Part shown: one piece after another, positions 37,053-48,903 of the stretch
How the letters are laid out: every line of letters starts with the position of its first letter
Position numbering within the stretch: the stretch's first letter is position 1
NCBI GenBank assembly: GCA_001687465.1
Contig: LVLI01000140.1
Coordinates: 62,001-126,000, forward strand
Length of the DNA stretch: 64,000 nt
Direction: 5' to 3'
From: Halocafeteria seosinensis
Taxonomy: Eukaryota
Translations under genes and position numbers: made by a program
Notes under the pieces: generated by a model
Seen by the model: only the letters and a program-made list of their open reading frames with translations
Database searches by the model: none
Told to the model about the DNA's origin: nothing

Positions 37053-38673
37053 TTACTCTTCAGACTTTGCAAGAACAGGTGATCCCTCCTCTATTGAGGG
37101 AGAAAAGTTCTCGGATAATAGCCCTTTCTCGATGCACTTAGAGATGTAATTGTAGAAAAAAGTCTCAGCTTCCGGCACGTCAAGTTTCAGGTCCTCTAAG
37201 TTGGTGTACACCCGATTGATTCCTTTTGTTAGTTGAGTAGTTGTCAGCAGTCCAACGGATGTCAAGTGTTCGAAGAACTCGATCACCAATACTCTTTCAC
37301 GTTCCCCTTTGTCCATTCCCAACACCATAGCACGTTTGATAACTTCATGATGGAAATGTTGCACGTCCATAGTCTGGAACGATCCGAAGCAGGAAACTAT
37401 TAGCCCATATATAGATCCAATCCAAATGCATAAACCGTACCTTTAGGCACTCAGTTGCTTCATCCTTGTCCTCACTATCCAAGTATTCTTCAATCAGCAT
37501 GGCAACAGCCGATTTTAACTCTTCTACCGACGCCAACGCACTTGTACCCCAGACCTTCTCCAAGCGAGCCGCACCGTGTTTAATACTGCAGCCACAGACA
37601 CAAAGTGAAAGTGAGGCTTGGAAATCTTAGCAGGGGATGAGCTGCCTTACCTTAGCAAAACCTTCGCTTGTTGCACGACCGATCCCCCCATCTTCTCTAC
37701 GACCGGATCAGACAAGAACGCTGGAGGTAAAATCTCGTCGGCAACAGCCCTGAAAGTTCACAGGTCACAAATATGGAACAACTCTTCTCTCAATACAAGA
37801 CAGCGAGCATACACTTACCGAGCAAGAAACTTCGGAAGCAACTTATCCACGTCGGGCACATCCACTCTCACGTCTTCGAGTGACTCCAAAATTCGCTCGA
37901 ATCCTTTCCCTGAAAAGAATAGCATTCAACCTAGTGGTCACACAGTACAAAGCGCCAAGATGAGAAATTCCCTCAACTTACCAATTTGTTCCATGCTAAA
38001 GACATTACCATAAAATTCATTCAGCATTTGTGATGCCATTTCTCTCTCCCGATCACTTAAGTCCAAGCTTTGGGTGATGGCTTTCTTTACCACTTCGTAC
38101 CGGAAAAAGGGCATTTCAAGCTCCTCTACAATGCTGCAGGTTTGTTATCGAATATAGTTGCTCTATCACATGAAGAATATCCAAAGAAGATGCACGTACT
38201 TATACAATTCTTGCAAGTCGCCTTCCTTGAAAAACTCTCTTAGTGCTTCCTCCACTTTTCTCTTGTATTCAGCTAACGACATCTCCGCCGGGTAATCACC
38301 GTTCCTATGGTTGTGGTTCTCGGTAATATGGTCTTGTCGAGTGGTAGAAACTTCCGCAAAACCACTTCTGTGCTTTTTTGTATCAATTCCGACTCTTTGT
38401 GCTACTTTCGTCGCCTCACGATTCTCCCTCGATTTAGGTTCCTCTTCCTCATCTGCAGGGTAGGAGAAACGACGGTTACATTGGACGACCCACTCCGATT
38501 TCCCTTGGTCAGTCCCAGCACCTACCTAGTTCTGGGTCGAACAACGGATCGCCTCGACTTAATGGCCCGAGTTCCACAAGTTCTCCTTCTTTTCCCCAGG
38601 TAAATTTCCCACCACCACCATTCTTCTTAGCTCCTCTGGGTTGACTCCCCTTTCGTTTCGGATGACTCGCCAT
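37053..38673 (-). CDS. PDCD4: PDCD4-like translation regulator with two MA3/MI domains, multi-exon
   Basis: KKNGGGGKFTWG...DPLFDPE, LEMPFFRYEVVKKAI, FLARAVADEILPPAFL, GAARLEKVWG, FHHEVIKRA, LEDLKLDVPEA. Confidence 0.85.
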
Positions 38674-39748
38674 CTTCCCGTTGTTGCTGCAAGGGACTAT
38701 CAGAACATATATGATCCCTTCAAGCTAAAGTCTTTAAAAACAAGAACAAGAACCAATTTTCATCCAGCATTCGCGTTCGGATGCCAACTCCGCCCTTTCG
38801 AGTCTCCTGAAGTTGAAGTTAAACGTACGGACATCGGATCAGGTTTTTGCACCACTTGAAGTGGCTCGAAGGATTCCTTTTTTCCGATACCTCCTCACAC
38901 GGCCGTATTACGGCCTCCATGCTTTGGTTAATAATTGACTATGTACTATGCTTCTTATAGACCGCTTGGCTGGTCTGTTTGACCCTGGGTAGGCAACACA
39001 ATCGCGCGCGAATTCCCAATTGATATCTTCTACGGTATCTTCAGGTTCCTCCCTTCGTATGTCTCCATCTTAGACCCCTCTGGAAAGATATTGCCTCCTC
39101 GATAAACAATACAGGTCGAGAGTTACCCCGAGCTAAGTGTAGGGATCCTACAACACTCCTATACCCCCCATCCTAACTCGCCCTCTTATCGGCTGATGGG
39201 CTTCAGATACCGGCTATTAACACTCTTTGCTACATACAAGGGACCAACATACCTTGATAAATGTGAATGAGAACGTTTGCCTCGTTCAAGTATATGCTCT
39301 TTGTGCAGTCACTCGATATAAGGAAGAATCGCAGAAGAGGCAGGTGCTATTCGACACGTGTTGAATATTGCCCTAAACGTCAATAATTACCTCAATATAA
39401 GGGCAAAAACAGCCACAAACGAACAATTAGGATGGGCTTCTTGCCTTGTTTCGTTATCACTTGAGATTGCTTCACACAATTTTACAATCCGAGGATGCAG
39501 CAAGTTGTACATGTGGTCGTTTCTTTAGTGCACTTCCACTTCAAGTGCAAGTTCGCGGCTTGTTCTAGAACGAAAGAATGCACAAACACGAACTGGCCCG
39601 AGTTCCTGGCGGTTAACCAGCTACTCACTCACTATATAGTCGAACAACATGCATAAATGGAACCGAATGGAATAAGTCGCTGACTCTTGTCGCAAGCCCC
39701 CCAGTGGAAGTGGAAGTGGCAACGGGGCAGCCGACGGCCGTGTAGCGT

Positions 39749-41424
39749 TCATCTGCGTGGTATGTCACGGAATGGTTCTGGGTCAGTAAACGGGGTGATT
39801 CGCTGGTTAATAGACTCTCTGGATTGAAGGGCGCGATTGGCTGCGGATTGCTGATAGCCGCGGATTGCCTTCCTATACTCGGGGTTGCCCCCTTTCTCTA
39901 GAGCGAAAGATACACCAAACCTAGGTTCCTTGTGTTCTCGGTCGTAGCTGCACAGTTATACAATTGAACTATAGACAATGGATGAGTACACATAGTACAT
40001 GTCGAGTGCATCATTACCTCGCAGTGAGTGCCACTGTAGCTTCAGGATCCCACCAGCTCTTGGTCGCTAGAGAAACCGCTGTTGAATTAGTACCGAGCTT
40101 CCCTTTTAACAAAACATTCTGCATTATCGCTAACCATAAAATATCCCAGGGGCAGAACAGCACTATGATTAGCGTGTGAGACAATACCTTATTGAGCTGC
40201 CAAGACGCTCCAACTGATACATTGGACTGGTACGGAGGATGAATCGACCTTCTCAGCTCAAACCCAACGTCAACGTAATTATAAATCCCTTTTACATTCT
40301 CATCCTCAAAAATATTCCACACTGGTCTACGGACAGTCATTTGATGAATGTAGCCCGCCACTAACTCTTCGTTCAGCCCATCGATCGCAACGGTCATTTC
40401 ATATAACAGCTGTTTTACACGGCAAAAGTATGGTGTAATAGCTCCCACTCAATTCTATCCTTCGAATTCAAGAGAACTTACATCCTGATGGAAAGATAGT
40501 CCCATGTCAAGTGCTCGCATAGAAGGACTCCACCAGGGAGCCAGCGGTGCTTGCTGTTTGTTTGACCTGAAACGAGAATCGGTCCCCTCTTGCATTTTCC
40601 CAAAATCAGCATGGAGTTGCGCCCCGAATGTCAGGATCTTTCTATAGTTCCCGATCATCCATAAGCGTGTGGGGGCGTTCGAGAACTGGATACCCATTAA
40701 GTGTGAAAGGAATAGCGTACAACAGTTTGAGCCATCAAATACTTACTGGTGACAATTGAACCCCCGCGGCAAGTCCTCGGCCAGGATTAACACATCTCCC
40801 TCCAACTTCCACCTCCGATATATCACGCTCGACGGTGTCGTCATGATGAACGGATCGGGCACTTGGACTTGCAATTAAGGCTAACTTTTCCAATGGAAGG
40901 ATCGTGTACGCACCGAAGCCATGTACGACGTCAAACATGCTAAACGTGGATGTCAGACCGGATTCTGTGCTCCCCGAAATCGTTCCCTGCCAAACAGGAT
41001 TCGATTCGTCCTCTCTGTAGCCCAGTCTTGCTTGTGCACTTGACACTGCAGATAACACTTCCTCGTCAGTCTACCAGTAGTCCAGGGGTAGCAGATGATC
41101 CTACCTTTGTATGCCGCATCTGTTGCGGACTGAAGCGACACGTCTACCTTTTCATCGATATCGGGCTTCATTCCCAATCGGAACGAGATTCCTCCCTCTG
41201 TTGAATAATAGGATTGAAGTAATTCCTGGCGTTTCTGAGCTCCAAATAGATACTCAAACGGGGACTTTTGCAGACTGTAAACGCCACATGGCATACAAGT
41301 GCCAAAAGAGCGTGAAAAGAGGTTCATTGCACACGTACCGCGTCAATGGATGTTCGGGCTTTACGAATTTGGGAGGTAATAAGTCCACATCGGGCAGAGC
41401 TTCGCGGCTAACAAGTTGGCCCAT
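39749..41424 (-). CDS. OM47-like (At3g27930 family) mitochondrial outer-membrane beta-barrel protein, multi-exon
   Basis: MGQLVS..LLPPKF..SPFEYLFG..LLQSYY; NYVDVGFEL; GASWQLNK|NVLLKGKLG; LATKSWWDP; terminal strand PRFGVSFALE. These correspond to remembered plant OM47 motifs (NYIDFGFEL, AASWQANKNFLLKGK, KSWWKP). Confidence 0.7.
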
Positions 41425-41911
41425 ATCGTCCAGATTCGTCGGTGTTGATACGCTAGTGCTACGTCAATTCATTGTGCTGTTCTCTACAAAATATTATTAT
41501 ACTACAATGGGGCATGAAAATAACAATCAAGAGGATAAAAGTCCCTCTGAACGAAAGCCCAGATTACAGACTTATCATGAGAATCAACGCGCTCGGTACG
41601 TGTATACAAGTGCGCCCCACAATGACGCCCTCATTCACATGTATGTGTCTATCTGCCCATGGATCAACAGCGCTGGACAATGGCGCTGCCATCCGCGCTT
41701 GGCCGACTTTGTAGCAGCCAATTTGGACTGGTACTCCTTCCGGGAGCGATGGCATCGATTGAAGCTACTCTATGGTTGTGCCCGAAGTGAACGAGGACAG
41801 GAACCCAGAGAACCTTTCCTAACAGACCCAAAGAAGCACAGAATCGATGATTCGAAATGAGTGTGAAACTAATTTGCACAGGTGTCTGTTTCTTTGGACG
41901 AATGCGATGTC

Positions 41912-43332
41912 TTATTTTAGCTGATGTTTAACTTCGTCGGGAATGGTGTTGCCTTCAAAGAGTTGGCTGTGATCAAAGTCTTTACAGTCTTGGCAACCAT
42001 TGCAGATAAAGCCGTACCCCGTCACGAGCTTGGTTTTTCGATCAGTGACGGGGAGGTTCAGATCGACGTAAGGAATGGTCAGCTCCTCTCCTTTGATGAT
42101 ATCTCTATTGGCATGCAGCCTAATAGTTGGCCCTAAAGAAAAGGATACATCTAAATTGGGTTCACAATGGTGATTAATAAAGGATGTGCCCAAGAATACC
42201 GCGGTACCGAGGCCGTGGGAATCATGACTTGGAACTGGACTGTATGCATCCTGTTCGGGATTAGCATTACGTTTTATGTAAGAACCAAGGAACTCTGGAG
42301 GATCGCTATAAATTGCATCTTTCGGAATGGTGAAAGAATTTAGTCTAAGTAAACCTCGGAGAGTTAAGTACCACTCAAAATTCAAAACCTGGATACCAAA
42401 TATCGCTAGTAGTTGGATTGCCTCCTCAAGACGGTTGCACCAGTTTGTTAGGACTTACATGTTCGAAGATATCGTCGATCTCCTTTTTGCCTCCGCCAAG
42501 TCTGACAGTTAATGCATTCCGTATCAAAGAATGCTGCTCCTTGAATTCTTCAATTGCTCCTTCTGCGGGGCAGCGTCGTTGAGTATTGAATAATCAATTT
42601 TTCCAGTCTCGCTATTTTGCACTCACCTGTCCATTCAGAAGGCTGTACGGACGCTAAATGCTCCACTTGTGACCAAAATAATTCGAAATCACCCACCATA
42701 CTTCGACAGACCATTTGTAGAGCCACCAGCGGGTGTCGGGATTGATGATTTTGACAGTACTCTGCCAGATCGTCCGCCATTCCCCACATCATTTCATGTC
42801 CATCTCGTTTCCCAGCCTTGTAGCACTCCTCGGAGCAGTAGCGATCTTTGAAACCTTCGTACGTCACGCTTCCGATCTGCATACCTTTCGAAGGAGGCGC
42901 TTTGTTAGGAAGTTTGTTAAAGCAGCTATTACAGTAGTCCCGGGAGACTTCGGGGTCCACAATGTGACCCAATGGGAACTCTTGAATCACCTGATCTCCC
43001 TCCGCGAAATTCTCAGAGGCAATAAGACCACGTCCTTTCCCTTGGAAGCGCTGTATATCTACGGCGAAAGCTTCATTTAAAGTCCCACTGAGTTTTTCCA
43101 GTCGCTGTTCCGGTGTCAAATTCTTCGTATCCTCTTGATTACCACCTTCCTCCTCAGCCATACGAGCAGCACTCGTTGTGTGGATGGAGGACACTCGAGA
43201 CCATCGTTCGGCCCTCCTGAATGACTTGTGAGAAGCTGTGTATAGAGCTCTGAACCAAGCTGTCGTCGAGCGTGAAGTGGCTAGGTTCCTGAGACCGCTA
43301 TTATACACGAGAGGGAGGTAATTCATTCGCAT
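41912..43332 (-). CDS. SMYD-type SET/MYND lysine methyltransferase with a putative mitochondrial presequence
   Basis: GKGRGLIA, CNSCF..YCSEEC (partial MYND), FINHHCEPN, GEELTIPY, YGFICNGCQDC post-SET. Confidence 0.85.
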
Positions 43333-43405
43333 TGTCCAATTCAGACCCAATGTTATATATGTATGTTTCTTGATAACAACTCCATATATACTGGTGGTGG
43401 GAAAA
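43333..43405. promoter_or_regulatory. Putative very short bidirectional promoter
   Basis: Only ~73 bp of AT-rich sequence (two tatata elements) between divergent predicted start codons. Confidence 0.4.
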
Positions 43406-46400
43406 ATGACAATACGTATATCGAGGTGGCTCCTGGTGCTCCTGGGACTGCTTCTAGAGGCATCAGAGGCTTATACACGTGATTCCATGGAGGTCAGAGC
43501 CAATGGCGAAGGGGAATCCATCGGTACGAATGTGGAGGATACTGAGTACCAAAGGGAAGGAAGGGGATTGACTGGAGACAAGGAACCACTTCGCGAATTG
43601 ATTGGAAGTGCACTCCAAGAGAACCAAGAGTTACAGGGTGTATTGGAGAAAGAGCATGACCTATTACAGCAAATGGAGAGGCTATCCTCTACTTCAAAGT
43701 ATTCTGCAGAGACTATGTAAGATGCTAGACCGGGCTCACACCGCCGCCTGTGCTCTCGAAACAATCTGAGTTTGACTGCTTGATGCAGCCAAGAACTTCA
43801 AAACGTAGTGAAGGAATTAGCTACGCAACAACGCAGAAAGGACGAGATACGAACGGACACTCGGGTTGTGCATACTATGGCCAGTCTTCAGTTGCTAGGC
43901 AATAACACTGCCATCAATACAGAAGACATCGATTTAGTGAGGGACTGGTTATTGAGATACAACTTGGGTAGCTTGGGAGCACACATAGTTCCTCAAGTTA
44001 CAATTCCTGTACGTTGCGGTGCATCCCTCTAATTTCGTACATATTCATTTATACAGAAATATGAAGTCGAATATGGTGATGCAGGAAAGCAAAGAAATTT
44101 GTGGCTCTCGAATTGCCGTCCTGAAAAATGTTCGTGGGGCACTCCCTCGGAAACTGACCAGAATGGCTGGGAGCAGTATTCAAGGTGAGGTAAAACAAAA
44201 TCAAGGATAAAGGGTATCATTAATGATGTTGATATTGTTTTGCAACAGGAAGCAATCTGCCATTGTACTTTTCTCTGACGTGCTCGGGGACACTATCAAT
44301 TTACAACAAGGATGGGATCGAACTGAGGCACGTAGAACTTGTATCGGCGGAGTAAGTGTGCCTCGGCGAAAATGCTTGGTTAGATGGCGCATAAGTGGAG
44401 TTTTTTTTACTTCAGTAGTTCTACTAGGAAAGTGCATTTGCTGGGGTTATATGAGTCCCGCCATGGTACGTGTAGGGACACACACATGGAACATGCGCAC
44501 GCAGTCCAAATCCTTCGTGAATCCAGGTTATTACATTTTTCTCGGAACTGATTTTGGTGAACTTGCAATGTTTGAAATGGAGGTAGTCATCGATGGGAGA
44601 TTCATATTTGAGACAACTCCTCTGGATGGACGCAGGCGGCACAAAGAGAAGCACCGGTCTCTGAGTTTCAAGCCTCCCACTCAAGGCGTGCGGTTTTTCT
44701 TCCGGTGTTTGTTGTATGCGTCTTTGACAAAACCCCAAATTGCTCGTCAAGAGTTAATGTCGGGGCTGTACCAAGAGGATCCTCTACATTTGCTGTACTC
44801 TAAGGTAGACAGAGTGGCATCATCCGTTTGGTTTGAAAAAGAAGGTAACACGATTACTGTGATTGTCGGAAGCAGTGACGGAGCAATAGCCGTCCTGAAA
44901 CAAGACATAAAATCAGATCAACCTTGGAGGATTTTGCCTTGGACAAACCTTTACGATGAATTTTCTAATGTTGCACCAACGAAGGAGGAAACGAACCTGC
45001 TGAAACAGCCAGTAGTAGCTGTTCGCAGCCACAAGCGTTACATTCTCGTAGCCATAGACAGGAGAATCCTTGTCTTCTCCTCCGTCAAACAGCTACGTGA
45101 AGGAGATAGTGACTGTTTGTGTTTCATGGTACGTCTTCAACTATACTCGCGTTATCAAACTACTACATTAACCTATGTCGTTGCAGAGCAACGCCGTGGT
45201 GGCTATGGAGTGGGGACTGAGCCCATCGGGAAAAGATCTCTTCGCTTTGGACTCTTTGGATAGGTTGCACCGCTTTCGTATTTCAACAGAAGGAAATACT
45301 ACCGAGAGCGTGGAATATGTCTGTAGAGGTAAGCTGCATTGCTGTTACTGTCTACCGACTCCGTACCCATATCTTGCTCGCTATTCGCGATGAACAGAAA
45401 CGCATTCGCTGAGCTTTTCCAATACCCCACACCAACTCAGTCTACCACAAGGAAACAACACCCCAAGCTTAACTGTTTTGCTTAACAATGTGTTTGTAAC
45501 GTCGTCGTTGAGTCTGGACTTGGTATCTTGGGAAAACGGTTCCTTGTTTCACCGGGCAACGCTACCAACTTCTGGTTGTGGAGTCAGAGTATCGGCGTTT
45601 GCTAACTCTTTGAAAGATTCCATGATGGTTTTCCAAGACAAGTGTGATGGAACTTCTGTTCTGTCAGATGTCATGCTACCTGCTTCTTTCAATGGATCCG
45701 GAAGTAACAACTTTATGTTGTGGATGATGTATGTAGATTTACAAAAACACTTCCGGACAAAGCTAATGCTCATGGTTCATTTTTGTCAATGTTTTGCAGA
45801 GGATCAGTAGTGATTATCATATCCGTTTTCAAGCTCAATGGAGAAAAAGGCGGTGCGGATACTGGGAGAACTGCCCGCAATGTTAATCCTCGGACCCCTC
45901 CGACGAAAGACGAGCTAAATCGAGAAGAAGTAGAGAAAGTTCGCGCGATGGTGGAAGATTGTAACTCGACTGAGAGCGTCAGCCAGCTGCATGAGCAGCC
46001 TCCCACACCTCAGGAAGAGAAAGTTGAAAGAACATTGGAAGAGTTAATGCGCAGGAGAAATCGAAATATAGAAGAGATATCCACTATGACTAAAGGAGAA
46101 ATAAGTGAGCTTCTTGGAGAACTACAAACAGAGTTGGACAATCACCTTGAGAAGGATGAGCACCGTACTGACCACGGAGCAGGGCAGAGAGAAGCACGTA
46201 CTGCACCGCAGCACAGACAGTGCCACCGGGCATCAGCACGAGCGAAACCGGAAAACAAAACTTCGAAAGAGGTGCAATTTGACACTGCTTTGACTGAGGC
46301 ACTGCGGCGTCGTCATTTGAAGAAAGAAGACGTATCGGATATGACCGAGAAAGAAATCAGCAAGGTCATGGGGGAAGTGGATCAGGAACTTGGCAACGAC

Positions 46401-46949
46401 ACCGACGATGTTTTGTCTGCAGAGCGTCCTCTGGAGCAATACGCTTCGCATGTCGGGACTAGGAGGGAAGTGATTGGTCACGCGGCAAATCATGAAGCGT
46501 ATAAACCGTCGTCACAGACGTCGCGCCATCAAGGGGACGTTTTGCCAGTCACTGAGGACGAAACGCTTACGAAGACATTAGAAAGAGTATTAGTACAGCG
46601 GCATCGGAGAATGGAACAAAACGTGCACACAATCAGAAGAACAAGCCGTGGCCTCTATGGAGCGGCGAGAAGAGCCAATGCTCGAGACGAACCCTATGAC
46701 AACCAACGTCGCCACCATTGGCATAAACCAGCGCAGCGACAGCATGAAACAAATGAGCACAATCGAGGTGAACGTTCCCGTCAAATGGAGGATCTCCCGA
46801 CTGCTCAAGAAGAACTTGTCGACAGAACCTTGGAGAGAATAATGCACCGAAGGAACCAGAGGGTGGAGGATATGGCCACAATGTCCGATAGCGAGGTAAG
46901 CGATCTTATGCATGAACTACAGCGTGAATTGGATGCGCCAATGGAATAA
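43406..46949 (+). CDS. Uncharacterised secreted/membrane protein: signal peptide, coiled coil, beta-rich domain, probable TM, C-terminal helical repeats; multi-exon
   Basis: MTIRISRWLLVLLGLLLEASEA leader. ORF pieces join via GT-AG introns; hydrophobic FMLWM|..VVIIISVF; repeated xxxTLExxxxRRxxxxExxxxMxxxEISxLxxELxxEL. Confidence 0.6.
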
Positions 46950-46980
46950 ACCTTAACCGTCTCCTTTTGCCATTTTGTTG

Positions 46981-47972
46981 CTATTCTTCGTTGTCTTGCT
47001 CGACTCTTCTACGCTTGTCGCTACTCTCGCCTGTCGCTTCAGCTGAATCATCTGTTGTTTCCGGAGCTCTCTTCTTAGATACTTCAGTGGCGCCTCCTTC
47101 TGTTGCTTGCTGCTCCTCATCTTCTTGCGCTCTATCCTCCTCTGTGTCCTTACTGTCTTTCTGTTGTTCTTCGTCGTCTGCTTGTCCACTAGTGGCTGCT
47201 TCACCTTCACCATCACCTCCTTCCTGCTCTTCAGCATTCTCGTTTTCCTCCTCTTCAGTCTCCCATACGGTAGGGTAGGAAAATGTGTCCTCATATACTG
47301 ATTCATAAACTGGCATTTCCCCTCTTCGTCGAGGCTCTTCCGCCACCATGGGCCACTCCCTGTCCTCCTCTTTGGCCTTTTTCTTCTCCCGTCTCACTTG
47401 AATATCAGCCAGGTTCTGTCCAAATTTGTTGCCATAGATATTCTTATACCCTCCAGGGCCCGATGCACATCCTCGGCAGCCACATGTCTGGTCCACAACC
47501 ACTCTCCCGGTCTCTAATTCGAACTTGGGAACCCGACATATACTAACAGAGCCGAAATTGAAATTTCGAGGGTTTATCGAGTGCGTGCAGCAGAGACGAT
47601 CATAGCCTGGTTTCTTCCATTTCGCGATCAATGCTGCATCCGCCAGTTTCTCACGGAGACAGTACTCGTACAGCTCGCGGGAGATGAGTTTATACCGGTA
47701 AAACATGTCGTAAATGTAGCGGGACCTTTGATTATTGATCTGGTACACGGGCCAGAGCAATTGAGCTCTTCGTTTGCCTTCATGAGGGTCCGCTATAGCT
47801 GCATACGCACGCCAAAAACGCCATCTATGTTATGGAGGAATACGCATGGGTACATGTAAAGGCACTCACCGTCTTTCATCTCGCTCTCCAAAGCTGTCAT
47901 AACGGGCTCGATGTAGCTCCATCCCCGAGGAGGTTTGCGCTTTCGTTGGTATCGACGCTGAATTGTACTCAT
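46981..47972 (-). CDS. BUD31: Divergent BUD31/G10 family protein with an acidic C-terminal extension, 2 exons
   Basis: KPPRGWSYIEP, PHEGKR..LWPVYQINNQRSRYIYDMFY, ADAALIAKWKKPGYDRLCC, ICRVPK, CGCRGCAS. Confidence 0.85.
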
Positions 47973-48903
47973 GGCCGACGTCCGGGGCGTATTATAAGCT
48001 AAATTATATTTTATTTTGCTTATTTATGGTTCGATCAAAAAATTATCAATTCATCGAATTTACTCAACAGTAGACTACCACACAGCGTGATCACGTTTGC
48101 GTTGTTGTAACAGAATTCCATATCTGGCATAATTGACTGTGGTAAGTATTGTACAACTATATAGTATCATTTGTCACTACCGAATATCACTTATCGTAAT
48201 TGCAAGTTATCATTCATTATGTCGGGTTGCTTCTTGATTTCCATGTGACACAAGGTGGCGTTTCTCGACGACGTTAAACGTTACTGGTACTGGTACTGGC
48301 ATGCTGCATTGACTGGTGCATACAGTATACAGTACCCTTGGAGATTGGATTGGGGAAGGATGCCACTCCAATTGATTTGTCCTGTTAAATAGTATCATGT
48401 GAGTAACTCTCATCGATATCTCTTTGAATGAACGAAGTTTACAATATTTGGGAAACAGTGAGAAACACGGAGAACTCACTCTCCCATCCATATCTTCCTA
48501 TTTTATATGTCTTGCCTTCTTCCCCATTGCATACCAAGTTTCTTGACAATAAAACCATTTTTTTCCCATAATGAATAGCTTGTTTTCAGTATCCTGTTAC
48601 CATATGTACTATCGTCGGTACAATACCGTACACCTTGTACTACACAAATGGTAGCAGTTCGAAAGGTCCCGTAACTACCACAAAGTTTAGTATGAAAGCA
48701 GCAGCGAAAATTGCTATGGACAATATAAGATGCAGAGCGTTTTCTGGTATCTTCTAGAACCGTTCGAGTAGGTATACCAACTTCTGTGTCCCGTGAAGAC
48801 GAGCCTTTTTCATGTCGTAATATTCTCACTACATTAATCGACGCTTTCAACAAAGTTCTCTTCATCGATAACCTCAGTTACCCCAGACACTGGAGACAAT
48901 TCC

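Noticed and set aside
48000..48900. AT-rich spacer ORFs between BUD31 and CDC6
   Set aside because: No family motif; one hydrophobic stretch is insufficient.
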